Positions 37,921 through 51,576 of a stretch of 64,000 bases of DNA are shown piece after piece. Source of the stretch: Vicugna vicugna (lineage: Eukaryota); contig MU058636.1 in assembly GCA_013265495.1 (NCBI GenBank), forward strand, positions 5,801,741-5,865,740, in the 5' to 3' direction. The notes beneath the pieces are model-generated. The model was not told the origin of the DNA and did not search any database. It was given only the letters and a program-made list of their open reading frames with translations. The first letter of the stretch is position 1; the number at the start of each line of letters is the position of its first letter. A program made the translations under genes and the position numbers.

Positions 37921-39169
37921 ATTAATTAGTTCCAGGCTCTTTCAGTAATGTTAGATTGCTTTCATTCTGTTCTTTGCTCTTGGTTTTACCTGTTAATTCC
38001 TGCCACCCTCTTCCTCCCTTAGCGTGACAAAATTCTTAATCTGAAAGAGCATAGTTTACCCTTCAGCATTCTGCACGGTACTTAGCACAGTTTTGTACAT
38101 AAAACTAGACACCCCCAGAATACTTGTTGGTTGTTTATGACTGGAGAGGTAGAGAGCTGTGGCTAAGCAATGAAGTTTAATTCACAAATTGAGGTTAGTG
38201 AAGTCTAGGGTTGGAGCTCAGCTTTTACCAGCCGCCTCATGCTCCCAGCCGAGCATGTGAGGATAATATGAAAACCGTGGCCCGGGATGTGGGGAAGAAA
38301 AGCTGGCAGGGATGGCACAAGAGATGTATCCGGTATTTCAGAATATATTAAAGAAATGACAAGTCATTTTCATTTCTGTGACAGGTATCCAGGTACCCGC
38401 TAGTTAATAAGACTGGCATGTTTCTCAGAGTAGAAATTATGGAACTTATCACAGTAAAAATTCCAGAGTAATCTCATCTATTTCAGTCTCATCCACAAAT
38501 GAACAAACGATTCTGTCAGCACATGGGCCCGAGGCATTTCATCTCTGCACTCTAAAGGAATTCTTCATTCTTCGGAGATCAGCTCTGATATTCCCATGAG
38601 GGTACTTTTGCCTCAACATCTAATTTTCTTCTAAGATGCAAGATTGAATAAATACCTTGGGTTGTTTAAGAAAATATTTCTGGAGGGAATAAATATTCTC
38701 AGATCTTGCCAATATAGCCATTTTCATCGTACTCTGTGGATTTAACACTTAAGGCTTTACCAAACGCATCTGCACAGGGCAGTAAGCGGGAGCAGCCTAA
38801 CAGCTCTGGCCCCAGGCTCCCAGTGCAAGCGTGCCGCTGGGATGCGGGAGGCTGCGATTTCCATAAACGCACAATCAGGATTTTATGAGAACATCTGTCT
38901 CACCTTCTGGACTATTTTGCTTAATCATTCGAGGGCCTAAGAGAGTTCCTAATGAAGGTAGGTGACAGGGTATGTTGGGAGTAGGGTCCTATCTTCAGGA
39001 CCGTTGTGGTTTCTCTCCTGAGTACATCTCAAGGCTTCCAGGGGTGCTACTTGCTCCTCAATATCCTGTCTGCTTGCCATTGAGCTTTTTGGCAGGATTT
39101 ATAATGAGACAGTTTATTTATCCAATTGACAGTAAGACAACATTATGCTTAGGGGACTGTCAATAAAAA

Positions 39170-39390
39170 ATAATAATAATGGTGGCAATTATTGTGTTCT
39201 GACACTCACTACACTCCAGACACTGTGGTAGGTTCATGTTATTTAATTCTCAGAGCAACTATAATACAGGTAGGAAAACAGAAACTTACAGGTTTAAGTA
39301 ACTTGCCAGGATATACATGGTATTGGCAGAATTTGTACTTAAACCTGTCTGACTCCAAAACCAACGCACTAACCTCTAGGCTACACTAAC
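39170..39390 (-). mobile_element. MIR SINE
   Basis: 'tatttaattctc...caggtaggaaaacagaaactta...taagtaacttgcca...ctgtctgactccaaaacc'. Confidence 0.6.
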
Positions 39391-39589
39391 CTTGAGTTTG
39401 GTAGAAAGCTGTCTTTGAGGGAAAGAAATGTACTTATTTGGAAAAAATAATTCTGCCTTTAATATTTGGTAGCCTTTTCTATCTGGTAGGTGCAGGGCAA
39501 ATGGATAAATATCAAGGAATTTTCCGAAGGGAGAGGGGAAGAGTCTGGCTACTTTTGAAGATCTGACTAAACCAAGGTCTCTGAGTCCT

Positions 39590-40030
39590 CATGCCATAAA
39601 TGCTTCCTCCTGTGTCACCTCCCACTTCATGACATCTTCCTTTATAGTTCAGCAGCCTCCAGTTGCTTCTGCTCATAGCTCTGTGGCTCTGCACGTGTCA
39701 CTCCCGCTTCCCAGAGTGCAGCACCCAAGTTCTTTCCCATGAGGATTGCTACTGATTCTTCAAAGTCCAGTTCGCACACCATTGCTCGGGCAGTCTCCTC
39801 TGACCACCCCAAATAGATGAGAACCCCCCGAAGGACCCTTCTTTACTTCTTGTACACACACTTGTGACTGCATTTATCACACTGTGTTGTCATTTCTTCC
39901 TTATTTATCTTTCACATCTTCTCAACTGTAAAATAAAATACACAGGGACTGTGTTAAGTTTTATTCATCTCTGTATCTCTGCTGCACAACCTGCAAATAT
40001 GGGTTCTTAATAAATCTGCTTGAACTGACT
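39590..40030 (+). mobile_element. L2 3' end
   Basis: 'ctcctctgaccacc', 'gcatttatcacactgtgttg', 'ttattcatctctgtatctct...ttaataaatctgcttgaactga'. Confidence 0.5.
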
Positions 40031-41604
40031 TGAAAACTCTTCTATACTAAAGCCATGAGCTACTTCAATAACATTTTAAGATGAATGAGGTTAGTATCTT
40101 GAAAGCAGTGCGTTACGCTTTTTTCATCTTTAGTTATAAGTGTATTAAGGATGAAAGATGTGTGTGTAGTACTACAGGTGTTTCTGGAAGTAGCCCGGAA
40201 AGGAGGAATGAGACATGTAGCCCACAGCTCACCCTTACAGAGGGCTTTGGGAATTTTTCCTAAGAAAAGCAGTAGCATTTGATTGATGCAAAAATTACCC
40301 ATTTCCTTCTGTGTTGTCATTAAGAATTGTGGGTGTGTGGCTTTTTATATTTTATTTATTTTATTTACTTACTCTTTTTGCAACAGGCAAAGGGTTTAAT
40401 GTTACAAAATGATGTATGGTTTGTAGATGGTTCAGCTGGGTGAGCGTTATTTCCCTCAACCACTATAAACTTATTTGTTCATCAATCATGTTAACACTGT
40501 ACTACAAACCAGGAAATAGGTGGTTTAGGAAGAATAACATCTTGGCAGAATCTGCTCAGAGCCCTCTGATGTTTGTGAACTTCTGCCTGTCTCATCTGTA
40601 GACTGTCTTAAAGAGAAAGTTCACAGAATTTGATCCTTTAATTCAAGGGCTAGGTATTTCTAAATTTGAAGATAACTGAGAAATATTCACCTGTAATCTT
40701 TCTTTCTTTGCCCTTTTCCTTGCAACTCTTTCTCCTAGGAGAGAAGAGGAGTCACAGAAAACTAGTTTGAATTTACAAATACAGAGGAAAAAAACAGCTA
40801 ACTTAACCAGCAAATTTGGGTAGAGTTTGGGCACTTTACCTTTCTCAGTGACATTGGGCAATTACCATCACCTCTTGGAACCTCTGTCCACAGATGCAAC
40901 TTTGGGATAATATATCTCCTGATTATTACTCAAAGAAAAATGAGTTTCTGCTTGGGCAGCCTTGACTGTCACATGGCACTTTTCTTGACAGGTACAGCTA
41001 CGCTGGCATTATTGTGCTTTGAACATCTGGAGGACAGAGGATGTGCTTTACCTACTTCTGTATTTTCAGCTCTAGGACAAACACTCAATAAAAATTTATT
41101 GTTTAAAACATAGAAAAATGATAGAAGAGGAAAAAAAAGACAACGGAACATTGGCATTGTGATAGCCCCATAGGAGTACTCCCGCTGATGTCTTCCGAGG
41201 AGCCTGCCCATCTACGGAGGGCTGCTTCTGGAGTTAAGCCTCGTGGGAGTCCTGAAAACAAGCTAATCTCATTGTCATCTGAGATACAAATCCCTGGAAA
41301 CACTCTCAATCAAGCAACATTATTAACTCTTTCCAGAGAGGTCTGTGTCTTTCTTCTACAGGGCCTGCTGGGACAAGTGGTTTTGACAATCTTGAGGTTG
41401 GAAAATCCCACCAAGCCTCACATTCCCAAACCAAGGTGTTAGAAGCCCCTCTGAGCACCCCTCCTTCCCTGTAATCTCACACCACTGAGGCTCTGAGTAC
41501 TTTCACTCGGGTCAAAATTGTACTGCTCATTGCTTTCCTTTTCTGTTCCCTCCTCTTCCCTTCCATTTCCTTCCCCCTTTCCCCCTCCCTTGGGCTTTAG
41601 AACA

Positions 41605-42050
41605 ATTTATTTTTTGTATATATATATTTTTATTGAAGTATAGTCAGTTTACAATGGTGTGTCAATTTCTGGTGCACAGCATCATGTTTCAGTCATACAT
41701 GAACATACATTTATTCATTTTCATATTCTTTCCACTGTAAGTTATTACAAGATATAGAATATAGTTCCCTGTGCTATATAGTATAAACTTGTTGTTTGTC
41801 TATTTTATATATATTAGTTAGTATCTGCAAATCTTGAACTCCCAATTTGTCCTTTCCCACCCCCTTCCCCCTGGTAACCATAAGTTTGTTTTCTATGTGT
41901 GTGAGTCTGTTTCTGTTTTGTAGGTAAGTTTGTCTTTTTTTTTTTTTCAGATTCCACCTATAAGAGATACCATATAGCATTTTTCTTTCTCTTTCTGACT
42001 TACTTCACTTAGAATGATGATCTCCAGGTCCATCCATGTTGCTGCAAATG
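41605..42050 (-). mobile_element. L1 3' end (ORF2 tail and 3'UTR)
   Basis: 'tttattgaagtatagtcagtttacaat...ggtaaccataagtttgttttctatg...cttcacttagaatgatgatctccaggtccatccatgttgctgcaaatg'. Confidence 0.9.
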
Positions 42051-42614
42051 AAAATGCCCTTTATTTTAATTTCGCCACTCTCAGACACTTGCCATCTTAA
42101 AGTGTCTTGAAGACACTTGCGATCTTGAAAACTCTAATTAAACTTGCATCAGCTTTGTACTTAAAGGGAAAGTCCTGTTTCTGATGTAGGCGGTTTGCAT
42201 TTATAAGTTCTGACAAGCTGCTTGGTACCAGACAGCCAAAAATAATGAACAGTCTTGGCAGATTAAAATGTAAATTTGATTGAAGAAAACAACCTACAAA
42301 AATTTATGCTTCTGTGTGATCTATGTGATTAAATGTTACTTGTTTCAAAGCTAGTGTTTCTGACACTTTCAATTACAGCTTTTGGAAGTTTTATTCCACA
42401 TCATTTAATCTATTTTAAATAACTCTCCCTTTTAGGGTCCACACATGGTGATGCATGTTTAGCATTAATCTTCAATGCAAATTTGGAAATAATCCCTGTC
42501 CAGTCTATAATAAGACTTATTTTATAAAGAGATAACAAGTTTTAAAAGCTAAACCTATAACCTTCCTTCTTATAACTAAGAAAATATTGCGTCTCAATAT
42601 AACTAGCATTGTCC

Positions 42615-43250
42615 TTTTTTATTTTTAAATTGTAGTTAAAAAAAACAAAACATACAGTTTACTCTCCTAACCACTTTTAAGTGTACAGCTCATTAGTGTT
42701 AACCTTAATCACAATGTTGTGAAACAGATTTCTAGAACTTCTACATTTTTAAAAACTGAAATTCTCTGTCCACTGAATAACAACTCCGTCTCCTCCTCTG
42801 TCTAGCCCTGACAACAACCATCCCTCTTTCTGTTTCTGTGAGTTCGACTACTTTAGATGCCCCATGTATGTGAACTCCTGCAATCTCTCTCTTTTTGTGA
42901 CTGAATTATTTCACTTAGTATAATATCTTCAAGATTTATGAAACAGAATTTGTAGCACAAGACAGTATTTCTTTTTTAAGGCTGAATGATACTCTGTGTA
43001 TGTATACGCCATTCTCTTTGTCAGTTCATCTGTCTTTGGACACCTGGGTTGCTTCTATCTCTTGGCTATTGTGAATAATGCTGCACTGAACATGGGTGTG
43101 CAAAAGTGTCTTCAAGATCTTGCTTTCAGTTCCTTTGGTTATATATCCAGAAGTGGGATTGTTGGACCATATGGTAGTTCTGTTTTTAATTTTTGGAGGA
43201 ACCTCCATGCCATTTTCCATAAAGGCAGCAGCATTTTACATTCCCTCAAA
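42615..43250 (-). mobile_element. L1MA/MB-type 3' end
   Basis: 'aaccacttttaagtgtacag', 'ggacacctgggttgcttctatctcttggctattgtgaataatgctgc', 'ccagaagtgggattgttggaccatatggtagttct'. Confidence 0.85.
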
Positions 43251-43837
43251 GCTGTTGTCCTTTTTATTACAGATTACATTAACTAAATATTGAATGATGT
43301 TAGTAATTATTAAATAATAATAAAATACAAATAAAACAAGATTATTAGACTGTCATAACTGAACTTTCAGTACTTTGCATTAGGTTGAAACAATAAATTT
43401 AGTAGTATGCTGTTTTGCCACTGCCTAAGTTTTGTTTTGTTTTTATTCATGGATTTGGAGTGTCAGGGCACTGACATGATTAGATCATAAGCTGATCTAA
43501 ATGATATTTCTTTGTAAGCCAAAGAAAATTATGTAAGCCAAAGGAAAGAATGAAAATTTGCCATTTCTAGATGTTTCCCTCAGTCTGAGGCAAAGTCGAT
43601 GTGAGCTTCTAGGGTTGAGGTTGATAATGCCCCGTGAAGTGAGCAGTGCTACCTTTCAGCCCTCGTTAGCTTGACATCCTACCTGGGACGTGGCAATGCA
43701 TCCTCATATATCACTTTACTTCTTATTCTATTTCCTGTTTGAACCAGTGTTCTGGGTCACTCTTGTTGCAAAAAAAAGGGTTCTATAGTCTTCACTGCTC
43801 ACCTGGTAGATAAACTTGCCCAAATCTCATTGGAATT

Positions 43838-43840
<3 letters not shown>

Positions 43841-43890
<50 letters not shown>
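43841..43890. repeat. (GT)25 microsatellite
   Basis: Uninterrupted gt x25. Confidence 0.98.
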
Positions 43891-43891
<1 letters not shown>

Positions 43892-43959
43892 GTCAGTGTG
43901 GGAACTTTACCATGGGCTTCCAGAAGACAGAATGATTTCATATGCATGAAATACTTTAA

Positions 43960-44240
43960 CTCCAAACTAATCTGTAGATTTAATATAGCAAGATTTTTTA
44001 TAGACAGAGACATGCTTATTCTAAAATTTATATGGAAAGGCACAAAATCTAGAACAGATAAAACAGGTTTGAAAAAGAAGAATAAAGTTGGAAGTAAAAT
44101 CACTGCCTGCTTTTAAGTCTTACTACACAGCTCTAGTATCAAGACAGTGGCAGGGGGAGAAACACATAGATCAATGGAACAAAACACAGCCCAGAAGTGA
44201 ACTCACACAATATGCCCAACTGATTATCAAAAGCACTCAA
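43960..44240 (+). mobile_element. L1M ORF2 fragment
   Basis: Translates to LILKFIWKGTKSRTDKTGLKKKNKVG and, after a frameshift, FKSYY...HIDQWN. Confidence 0.8.
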
Positions 44241-45549
44241 ATAAATAAAAGCTACATATTGTCACAGAATCCTATCATTACTGATTTCAGCCTCTTTGCC
44301 TGTGGATTTATATTCATATAATCTGCTCCAATTTTCAGTACCATCTCCCCAAATTGCATGTTTCTCTTCTCTTCAGAGAAAACTTCCCTGACCATTCCAG
44401 CCTAAAATAGTATCTTCTACTTCTAAGCTTAGGAAGAAGCATTTAGAGTTTTTGGTCAGGGATCTAAAAATGGGAAATTAAAAAAATTTAGCATTTAAGA
44501 GGAAAGCAAAAGGCTAAAGTAAAGTTAAAAACTGCAGAGATTTCTGTGGCATGATTTTCTCTGCTGAGCTTCAGAACTTTTCCAGTTAGGGCCAATAAAA
44601 CAGACTGTAAACTTGTTGAGGGCAAGAGCTATTTCTATCTTTCTCGCCACTGAATGTGTTACTATATTTGGCACATGAATTTGAGAGCTACTCCTACCAG
44701 GCACTGAGGCAGACACTGGGCCCAAAAAGACAGACAACAACCAAACAAACACAGTTCTTGAACTTCTGTGCTTCTGTGTCTTTATCACACCATCTAGTTC
44801 TCAAATCAATACCCACCGAAGTATCTGTTGAAAGATTGAATAGCTAAACTGAGGTTATAGAATGAGGGAAGCAATAGGAACCAAACCATAGATATTGAAA
44901 GAGATCACATAATAGAGTATCTTCTACCTAACATTTGTCTGGCCTCAACTTCCCAGAAATAAAACATTCATATTTCAGCCAAAGCTTCCGTTTAATAAAG
45001 ACAGGTCTCTGGCTACTAAGCAGCTCCAGGCTGAAGGCTTGGGTCTCCAGTACAACGCGCTATGACTAGAGCAGAGGAATATCTTCTTTGTGGTTTCCAC
45101 ATGGCTTGACACTTACTAGCCCCTGAACGGCTTCAGACCCACAGTGGATGTGGCAAGTATATAGTGTATTGTAGCTAATTTTAAAATGCACAACAGCATT
45201 GAAGAATGCCAAAGGGGGAGCGTACTGCCTCAGGATGCATCAGATAGAATCATAAACATTTAAACATCCCAGAGCACTGCCAAACCTGGCCTCCAGCCTT
45301 GAAGTCCTCTTGTAGCTGCACTCATATCTGAAAAGGTTCTGAGGATTAGTTTCCTTAGAAATATTTGATTTTAGAGCTCTTTGGTTGTGCTAATGGTGAT
45401 TTACAAGGGAAGGATTGTGAAACAGAAGTCCTTGGTCAGCCATCTTATGAAACATATTTTAGGTTACCAACTAAGAGATGATCAGTCTGTGTAAATCTAT
45501 CAACAATTCTAAAAAGAAAAATGGTTTTAAAAGGCCATGTTTTTGTAGG

Positions 45550-45675
45550 GAGACCAGGTAAATTACAGAATCTGTGGTTAAAAATAAATTTCAGATAAAC
45601 AGTGAAAAATGTTTTGGTATGAGTTTGTCTCATGCAATAGATGGGACCTACTTAAACATTTATTGTCTTTCTGTT
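45550..45675. mobile_element. Degenerate MER53 (hAT MITE)
   Basis: 'aatttcagataaacagtgaaaaatgttttggtatgagtttgtctcatgcaatagatgggacctactta'. Confidence 0.55.
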
Positions 45676-45689
45676 TTGGGAACTGGAGG

Positions 45690-45860
45690 TAGGAACAAGG
45701 TGGGATGGTAAATGGGCAGAGGGAATCTTTCTGGGGTGATGAAAATGTTCTAAAATCAGTTGGTAGTGGTTCCTTAACAGTACATTTACTAAAAAAATTT
45801 TAATTTTATACTTAAAATGGATGAATTATATGGTACGCAAATTATCCCTAAAATATTAGA
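45690..45860 (+). mobile_element. L1MC/ME-type 3' end
   Basis: 'gggaatctttctggggtgatgaaaatgttctaaaat...acttaaaatggatgaattatatggta'. Confidence 0.7.
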
Positions 45861-47880
45861 AAATGGCCATGTTTTATTTTAGGTAACTTGAGGCTAACAG
45901 ATTTTTACTTGATGGTTGAGCTTTGTCTTGTACTGTTACTGTGATCAGCAATGGGAGTGATAAAAAAGGGGAGGAATTTTGTAAATGCTAGAGTACTGTA
46001 CTGTGGACTTGCAGTGTGTGTATTTCGTTATTTATATTGTTGTCAAAATTCCTTCATCTGTAGTAAACTCTTGCTAGATGTTATTTTCTGTACTTCAGAT
46101 TTTAACTAGTTCAAGGTCACGCCATCACAGGGATAGGGTCATCCCACCAGAAGTCATCTAACCCCTAGCACAGTGTTATTCCAAAACACTGTGTGTAATT
46201 AATGGAGAAAATACTTATACTTGTCCTTTTTTAAATGTATATTTTCCTTTTGGACTATAATAAAAATGTACAGATGGAGATAAAAACATCAAGATAAGAT
46301 TGTGTCAAAATGACTATCAAAAACCTTTTCTGATAGCCATTATGCCTCTCTTGAACCATTCTGTCGTTATTTACTGGGTGCTGACTGCATTTCAAGCACT
46401 GTGCTGGTGGTGCAGTAGTGATGGACATGGAAAACATGGCTCCTGATTTTATAGAACTCCCAATGAGAGGGTAAGTTTTAGAAATTTCTTTTTTTTTCCC
46501 CAATCTGACCTGTAGTATTTATTCTTGCTTCTATACAGCTATTCATTGGCTTAAAGAGTAAGTTGAATAGGTTTTTTTTTTAACCACTACAATAACTCAC
46601 CCATTATTTCCTATGAATTCCATTAACTGACAAAGGTTTAATTCTCAATTGCATAAGAACCGTCAGTTATTGTTAAATAGGAAATCCCAATATGGAGATT
46701 TCTCCAGTCTCTTAAATTCATATATGCAGTTTCTTAGTGCATTGCTGTTGTAAAAAATTAATCTTTTCCATGTATCTAATTAAAAATAACCCCAAAGCAT
46801 TGTGGGATTGGAGGAGTGCTGTACCAGGGGAATTTGAATTCTACTCAGACTCAGTGGAACAAATTAGAAAGCACTAGCTTCCTGCAGGGTCCCAGTTATT
46901 TAACATTATCTGAGTGGCAGTTAGACTTGGGATCTCTGAACTGATGTGATATGAAGTTAAAAAATCTCCAGTACCAACTGACAAAACAATTATTATAATT
47001 TGCCTCTGTGAGACAGAGGAGAAATCAAATTCCTAAAGAGGTGAAAATTTCCCCCCAAGTAGGCCTTTATTATAATTATTATTTTTATTGCTGCTCTTGG
47101 TATTTCTGCTAGTTGATGTTGTTACCATGGAGTTTAAAACCGACTGGTAGCACTGATTGGCATGAAGATGAATGTTCTTAATAAAGAACACACACTGAAA
47201 GAATGCTTTTCTTGGCGAGATCTGACTAGGGCAGAAGTGATTGCTGTTATATTCCAATGTACTTTTAAGTATTATGTTTTCTGATAGTTCTATAAATTCA
47301 AAACCCTCCTAAGTAATAAATTTATTCTTTTATAATACTCTTACTTTCCCTAGTTTCATTTTTTAAAATGTGAAATTAGTATTAATGCATGTTATTTAGT
47401 GTTGGTATCTTTCATGTACTGTTCAGGGTGGGATCCTGTAGGAATGCAGCAGGATTTAATGGAAATAATTTAGAAAACTATCTCACTCATTTCCATCGTA
47501 TCCTTTTCTTGGTATGATGTGAACAGAGTCCCATCAACCACATTTACTTGTATTCAGGGCTTAGTTCTAATTACAGGACCCACCAGGCATTTGCGGATTT
47601 ACCATGTACCATTATGGTTTTAACTTCAAAGGTTGATGACATATAGAAATTTGCATACATGTATATCAGACAGCTGAGGCTGGTTTATGGGAATGGGTCA
47701 CTTGTCTCCCCAGTGCACCTTGCTGTTGAACTCACATCCACATCTCTGGTTTTTGTTCTTCCCTTTTGTGAAATGACAAACCTCTCTTCCTATGTGAAAA
47801 AAGAGACCCTAAAGGAAAGCCAATGTCTACTCATGAAAATGCAAATAAAAAGAAAGTGGAAAAGTTTCTCCTAGTACTTC

Positions 47881-48346
47881 TGTAAAGGAACTTCTGTAGA
47901 TATAATTGAGCTTAATAATCAGCTGAGCTAAAATAGGGAGATGTTGGAGGAGGTAACTGAGAGGACATGACCACCAGTTGACCATGAGCTGGACCTGTGC
48001 CATCAGAGGCTCCTCACCTGTTCTAGGAATGTACTTTTTGCTCACTGTTCCCACAGTGGGAGCTGTTCCAAGGACATAGCCTTGAGAAAGTAAGGTGTTT
48101 TTCAGACCATCTGGACAGTATCTGTGACTAAACCCAGTTAAGATATCTATACAAACTTTTAAGATTCTGGTGGGCGGGTGTGGAGATCTACTCATCTTGC
48201 AGCTGTCCAAGGCAAGCTGTGCGTTTAAGTTCCCTTGCTTATTAAACCTGCTACCTACCAGTCTGGAGTGTTCTGCCTCTTTCTTCAGGCTCTAGCTTGT
48301 GTGTTTCAGATTTTATCCAGGAAACTTGCAAGGTTGCAAACCAACA
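47881..48346 (+). mobile_element. ERV LTR-like element
   Basis: TG...CA ends; 'gctgttccaaggacatagccttgaga' and 'cttattaaacctgct' (ATTAAA poly(A) signal); no TSD found. Confidence 0.5.
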
Positions 48347-48349
48347 GCA

Positions 48350-48682
48350 AATTATTCTGGATTGTCTCAGTGGTCTCCATCTAATCATGGTAACCCTTTA
48401 TGTGTAGAAGAGGTAGGCACAAGAGTTAGTCAAAGAGATATAGCAGAAATGGAAGGCAGGAGAGATGAGGCAGAAGGATATGGAGACTTTGACAAGAACT
48501 CAGCTGCCATTGCTGGCTTTGAAGGGGGTCATGTGCCAGGGAAGGTGTGCAGCCTTGAGAACAATCCCCAGCTAATAGTCAGCAAAGAACCAGGGACCTG
48601 AGTCCTACAACTGCAATGAACTGGATTCTGCCAACAACCTGAACCTGGTAATTTGTTACATCAGATATAGGAAATGGATACA
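48350..48682 (+). mobile_element. MaLR LTR fragment (MLT1D/E-type)
   Basis: 'ccattgctggctttgaag', 'cagcaaagaaccagggacctgagtcctacaactgcaatgaactggattctgccaacaacctgaa'. Confidence 0.7.
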
Positions 48683-48879
48683 GGCAGTTATAATTATAGA
48701 ATATTCTTTCAATGTCAAAGTACAATTTTTCACCTATTTAATACTTAGCAATATATATTATTCCAAATTATAATCTTAGTTTCTCAACATTCATAAATTA
48801 GGGCTGTGACAAGAAGGAAAAATCAGCAAAGAATCAGCAACATAATAGGAAAAGGAAAGAAAACAATTTTGCTTTTTGA

Positions 48880-49830
48880 AAATTACCATAAATAAAATGA
48901 GAAAACAAGTCATATATTGGGAGACAATATGCACAATACATGTATCTAACAAAAGACTGTACCCACACTATATAAAGTCTGCTAACAATTCAATAAAATG
49001 AATCAACCCAATTAAAAATGGGCAAAACTTTGAACAGACCACAAGTGAAAATATATGAATGGTCAACAAGCAAATGAAGAAATGTTTAATATGATTAGTC
49101 TTCAGGCAAATGAAAATTAAAAACATAATGCAATACCACTCATTCAAATATATCCTCAAACGACTAGAAACAAACAAAATAAGTAAGATACCAGATGTTG
49201 GCAAGGATAGGCGCACTCATACTTTACTAATGGAAATGTAAAACGGTACAACCACTTTGGAAAACTATCTGGCAATCTCGTGTAAAGTTGAATATATTCT
49301 TAACCACATAATGCAGCCATTATGCTCAGATATTTATTATAGAAAAAATGAAAACATATGTCCACAAAAGGCCTGTACCCGAATTTTACATCTTTATTCA
49401 TATTAGCAAAAAGTTGGAAGCCCAAGTGTCCATTAAGTCGTGAATGACTAAACTGTGGTATAATCTATACAATGGAATATTTCTCAGCTTTAAAAGTAAC
49501 CGACTGCTGACACACGGAGCAACACACAAGTCTCCAAGTTTTACGCTACATGGAAAAATCCAGACACAGAAGACCAAGTGCTCTCTGATTCCATTCATAT
49601 GAACCTCAAGGAAAGACAATGTTATAGTGAGTGAAAGTAGACCAGTGTTCTTGGGACTGATGGTGAGGGATAGCAGTGGAATTGGACAGATCACAAGACA
49701 ACCCTTGGAGTGATGGCAGTACTTTATATCTTCATTGTGTGGAGTTTACCCAGATGTTTACATTTGTCAATACTGATTAACCTGTAAATATTTTATGGTA
49801 TGTAAATTATACCTCAGTATAAGTGATTTT
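48880..49830 (+). mobile_element. L1MC/MD-type ORF2 end and 3'UTR
   Basis: 'aacccaattaaaaatgggcaaaa', 'ggaaatgtaaaacggtacaaccactttggaaaac', 'tttatggtatgtaaattatacctca'. Confidence 0.8.
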
Positions 49831-50389
49831 TTTTTAAAAGAAGAATGGGAACCAAGAAATAAGGGTAGCAATGACCATTGGTTTGGTCTTGAATAGACTC
49901 CAAAGTTTGACTTCCAGTGCAAATTACAAATCTGAGCATAACTTAACAGAGGTGTTCTGCTGGGTTGCCCTATCCAGGTGCAGCACTGACAGACTGAGTT
50001 AATAAACTGGAAAGCCTTTCTTTGCTTCTCTACCAAAAATTAGCCTCTGTTTTAAATCCTCCTTCTTCTCCCCTTTAAGCTTTTTTAGACCACAGAGATT
50101 TGGTCATGTGCTGACTGTGGATCAGAAGAAGGGAACAATGGCTGGCTAGAGAAAGGGTTCCCCAGAATTTCAGTTCAAGCTGTTACTTACTGCTATTTGC
50201 CGCTGAGATCTTGCCTGACATACCCAGAATCTACAAAGTAAAAATGCATCCGGGCACAGGACCACAGGACCACAGGCCTGGTCTGGAATACTCCCAGCTG
50301 GTTTCTGGCCATACGTATAAGGTGTTTTCTGGCCACACACACCAGATCTATGATGAATCATCAGCTTGGAAATACATTTTCTGCTTTCA

Positions 50390-50810
50390 AATCTTGTCCT
50401 GAAGCATTTGGCATTATTTCCTTTTCCTTTAGACTGTTTGTGCTTGGTGTGAGAGTGAATGAATTTGTCCTCACTAAGAACAACGTTAGCCATTTCAGCA
50501 GTATTAAACCTACCTTTCCATCCTTCAGTGTCAGTTCTAACATCATCTCCATAAAGAGGCTTCCCTGATTACTTTAGCTACAGCAGACATCTCTCACCCA
50601 CAGCCTTGTGTCACACTCAGTGACATTGCCCTACATGTTTGTCTTCATTGCACTCATCAATATCTGAAATTACCCTGGTGCTTATTTATTGGACAATAAA
50701 TAGATGATATCCTGTGAAAAAAGGGATCAAGTCTGCCTGTTCTCGGTATCCTGAAAGCAGTGTTCAGATCAGAGCAGGCACATGATGAATATTTTGGAAT
50801 GAATTCAACT
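50390..50810 (+). mobile_element. L2 3' end
   Basis: 'catccttcagtgtcagttctaacatcatctcc...gaggcttccctga' and 'gaatattttggaatgaat'. Confidence 0.55.
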
Positions 50811-51576
50811 GTATAACATAGGAAGAAAATTTTAAAAGCCAGTTACATAGAATCTACACTTGAATCCTTTCAAACATCTCTATTCATACTTTTTATCAGT
50901 AAAAATCATATAAAATATAAAATCATGTTCCATGTTATTTGTCACCTACTGATGAGCAATCTCTAAACAAAAGTTGTCAAAATACAAACTGCTTTTTTTT
51001 AGACTTTAATTCCCTTAAAATTTTTTAAAAATTCTTGAAGTTTCATCTCTGTGGATGTATTTAACATTATTTAGCTATTAAGCAGATATGCACATTTGCT
51101 TTATGTAGGCATCAAAGAAATTCAGTTGATTTTCTTGCCCTTTTCATGGTTCAGAGGTTCCTATTTCAAAACTGTAAATACAAGTTAACTGAAAATATGG
51201 AAATGTCAGGGTAAAGTCACCTAGTGAATAAAATTGCAATGAAGAGAGGAAAAGGTGTGCAAGCAAAGTAGGCAACGTTCTGTCTTTGATTTATTGCTGA
51301 AGGGGAAGAAAAAAGTGATTCAACACTTCCAAAACCCTTTATTAATTTTAAAGTATTTAGTGAAAAAAATTTTATAGTAGAAAATATAAAAACAGGAATC
51401 TCCATCAGCTTTAAAAAGAAGTCTGAATAGAGAATACCCTGAGAGCATTTATTTTGAGTAGAGGTTTGTTTTTCCTCTTAGTTCCATGGGTTTGATCAAT
51501 CAACTCAAGTTTGGATCTCACTGTCTTTGGCCCCCTTGACACCACAAAAATTGTTTTTCTACTTGGATTGGTTATT

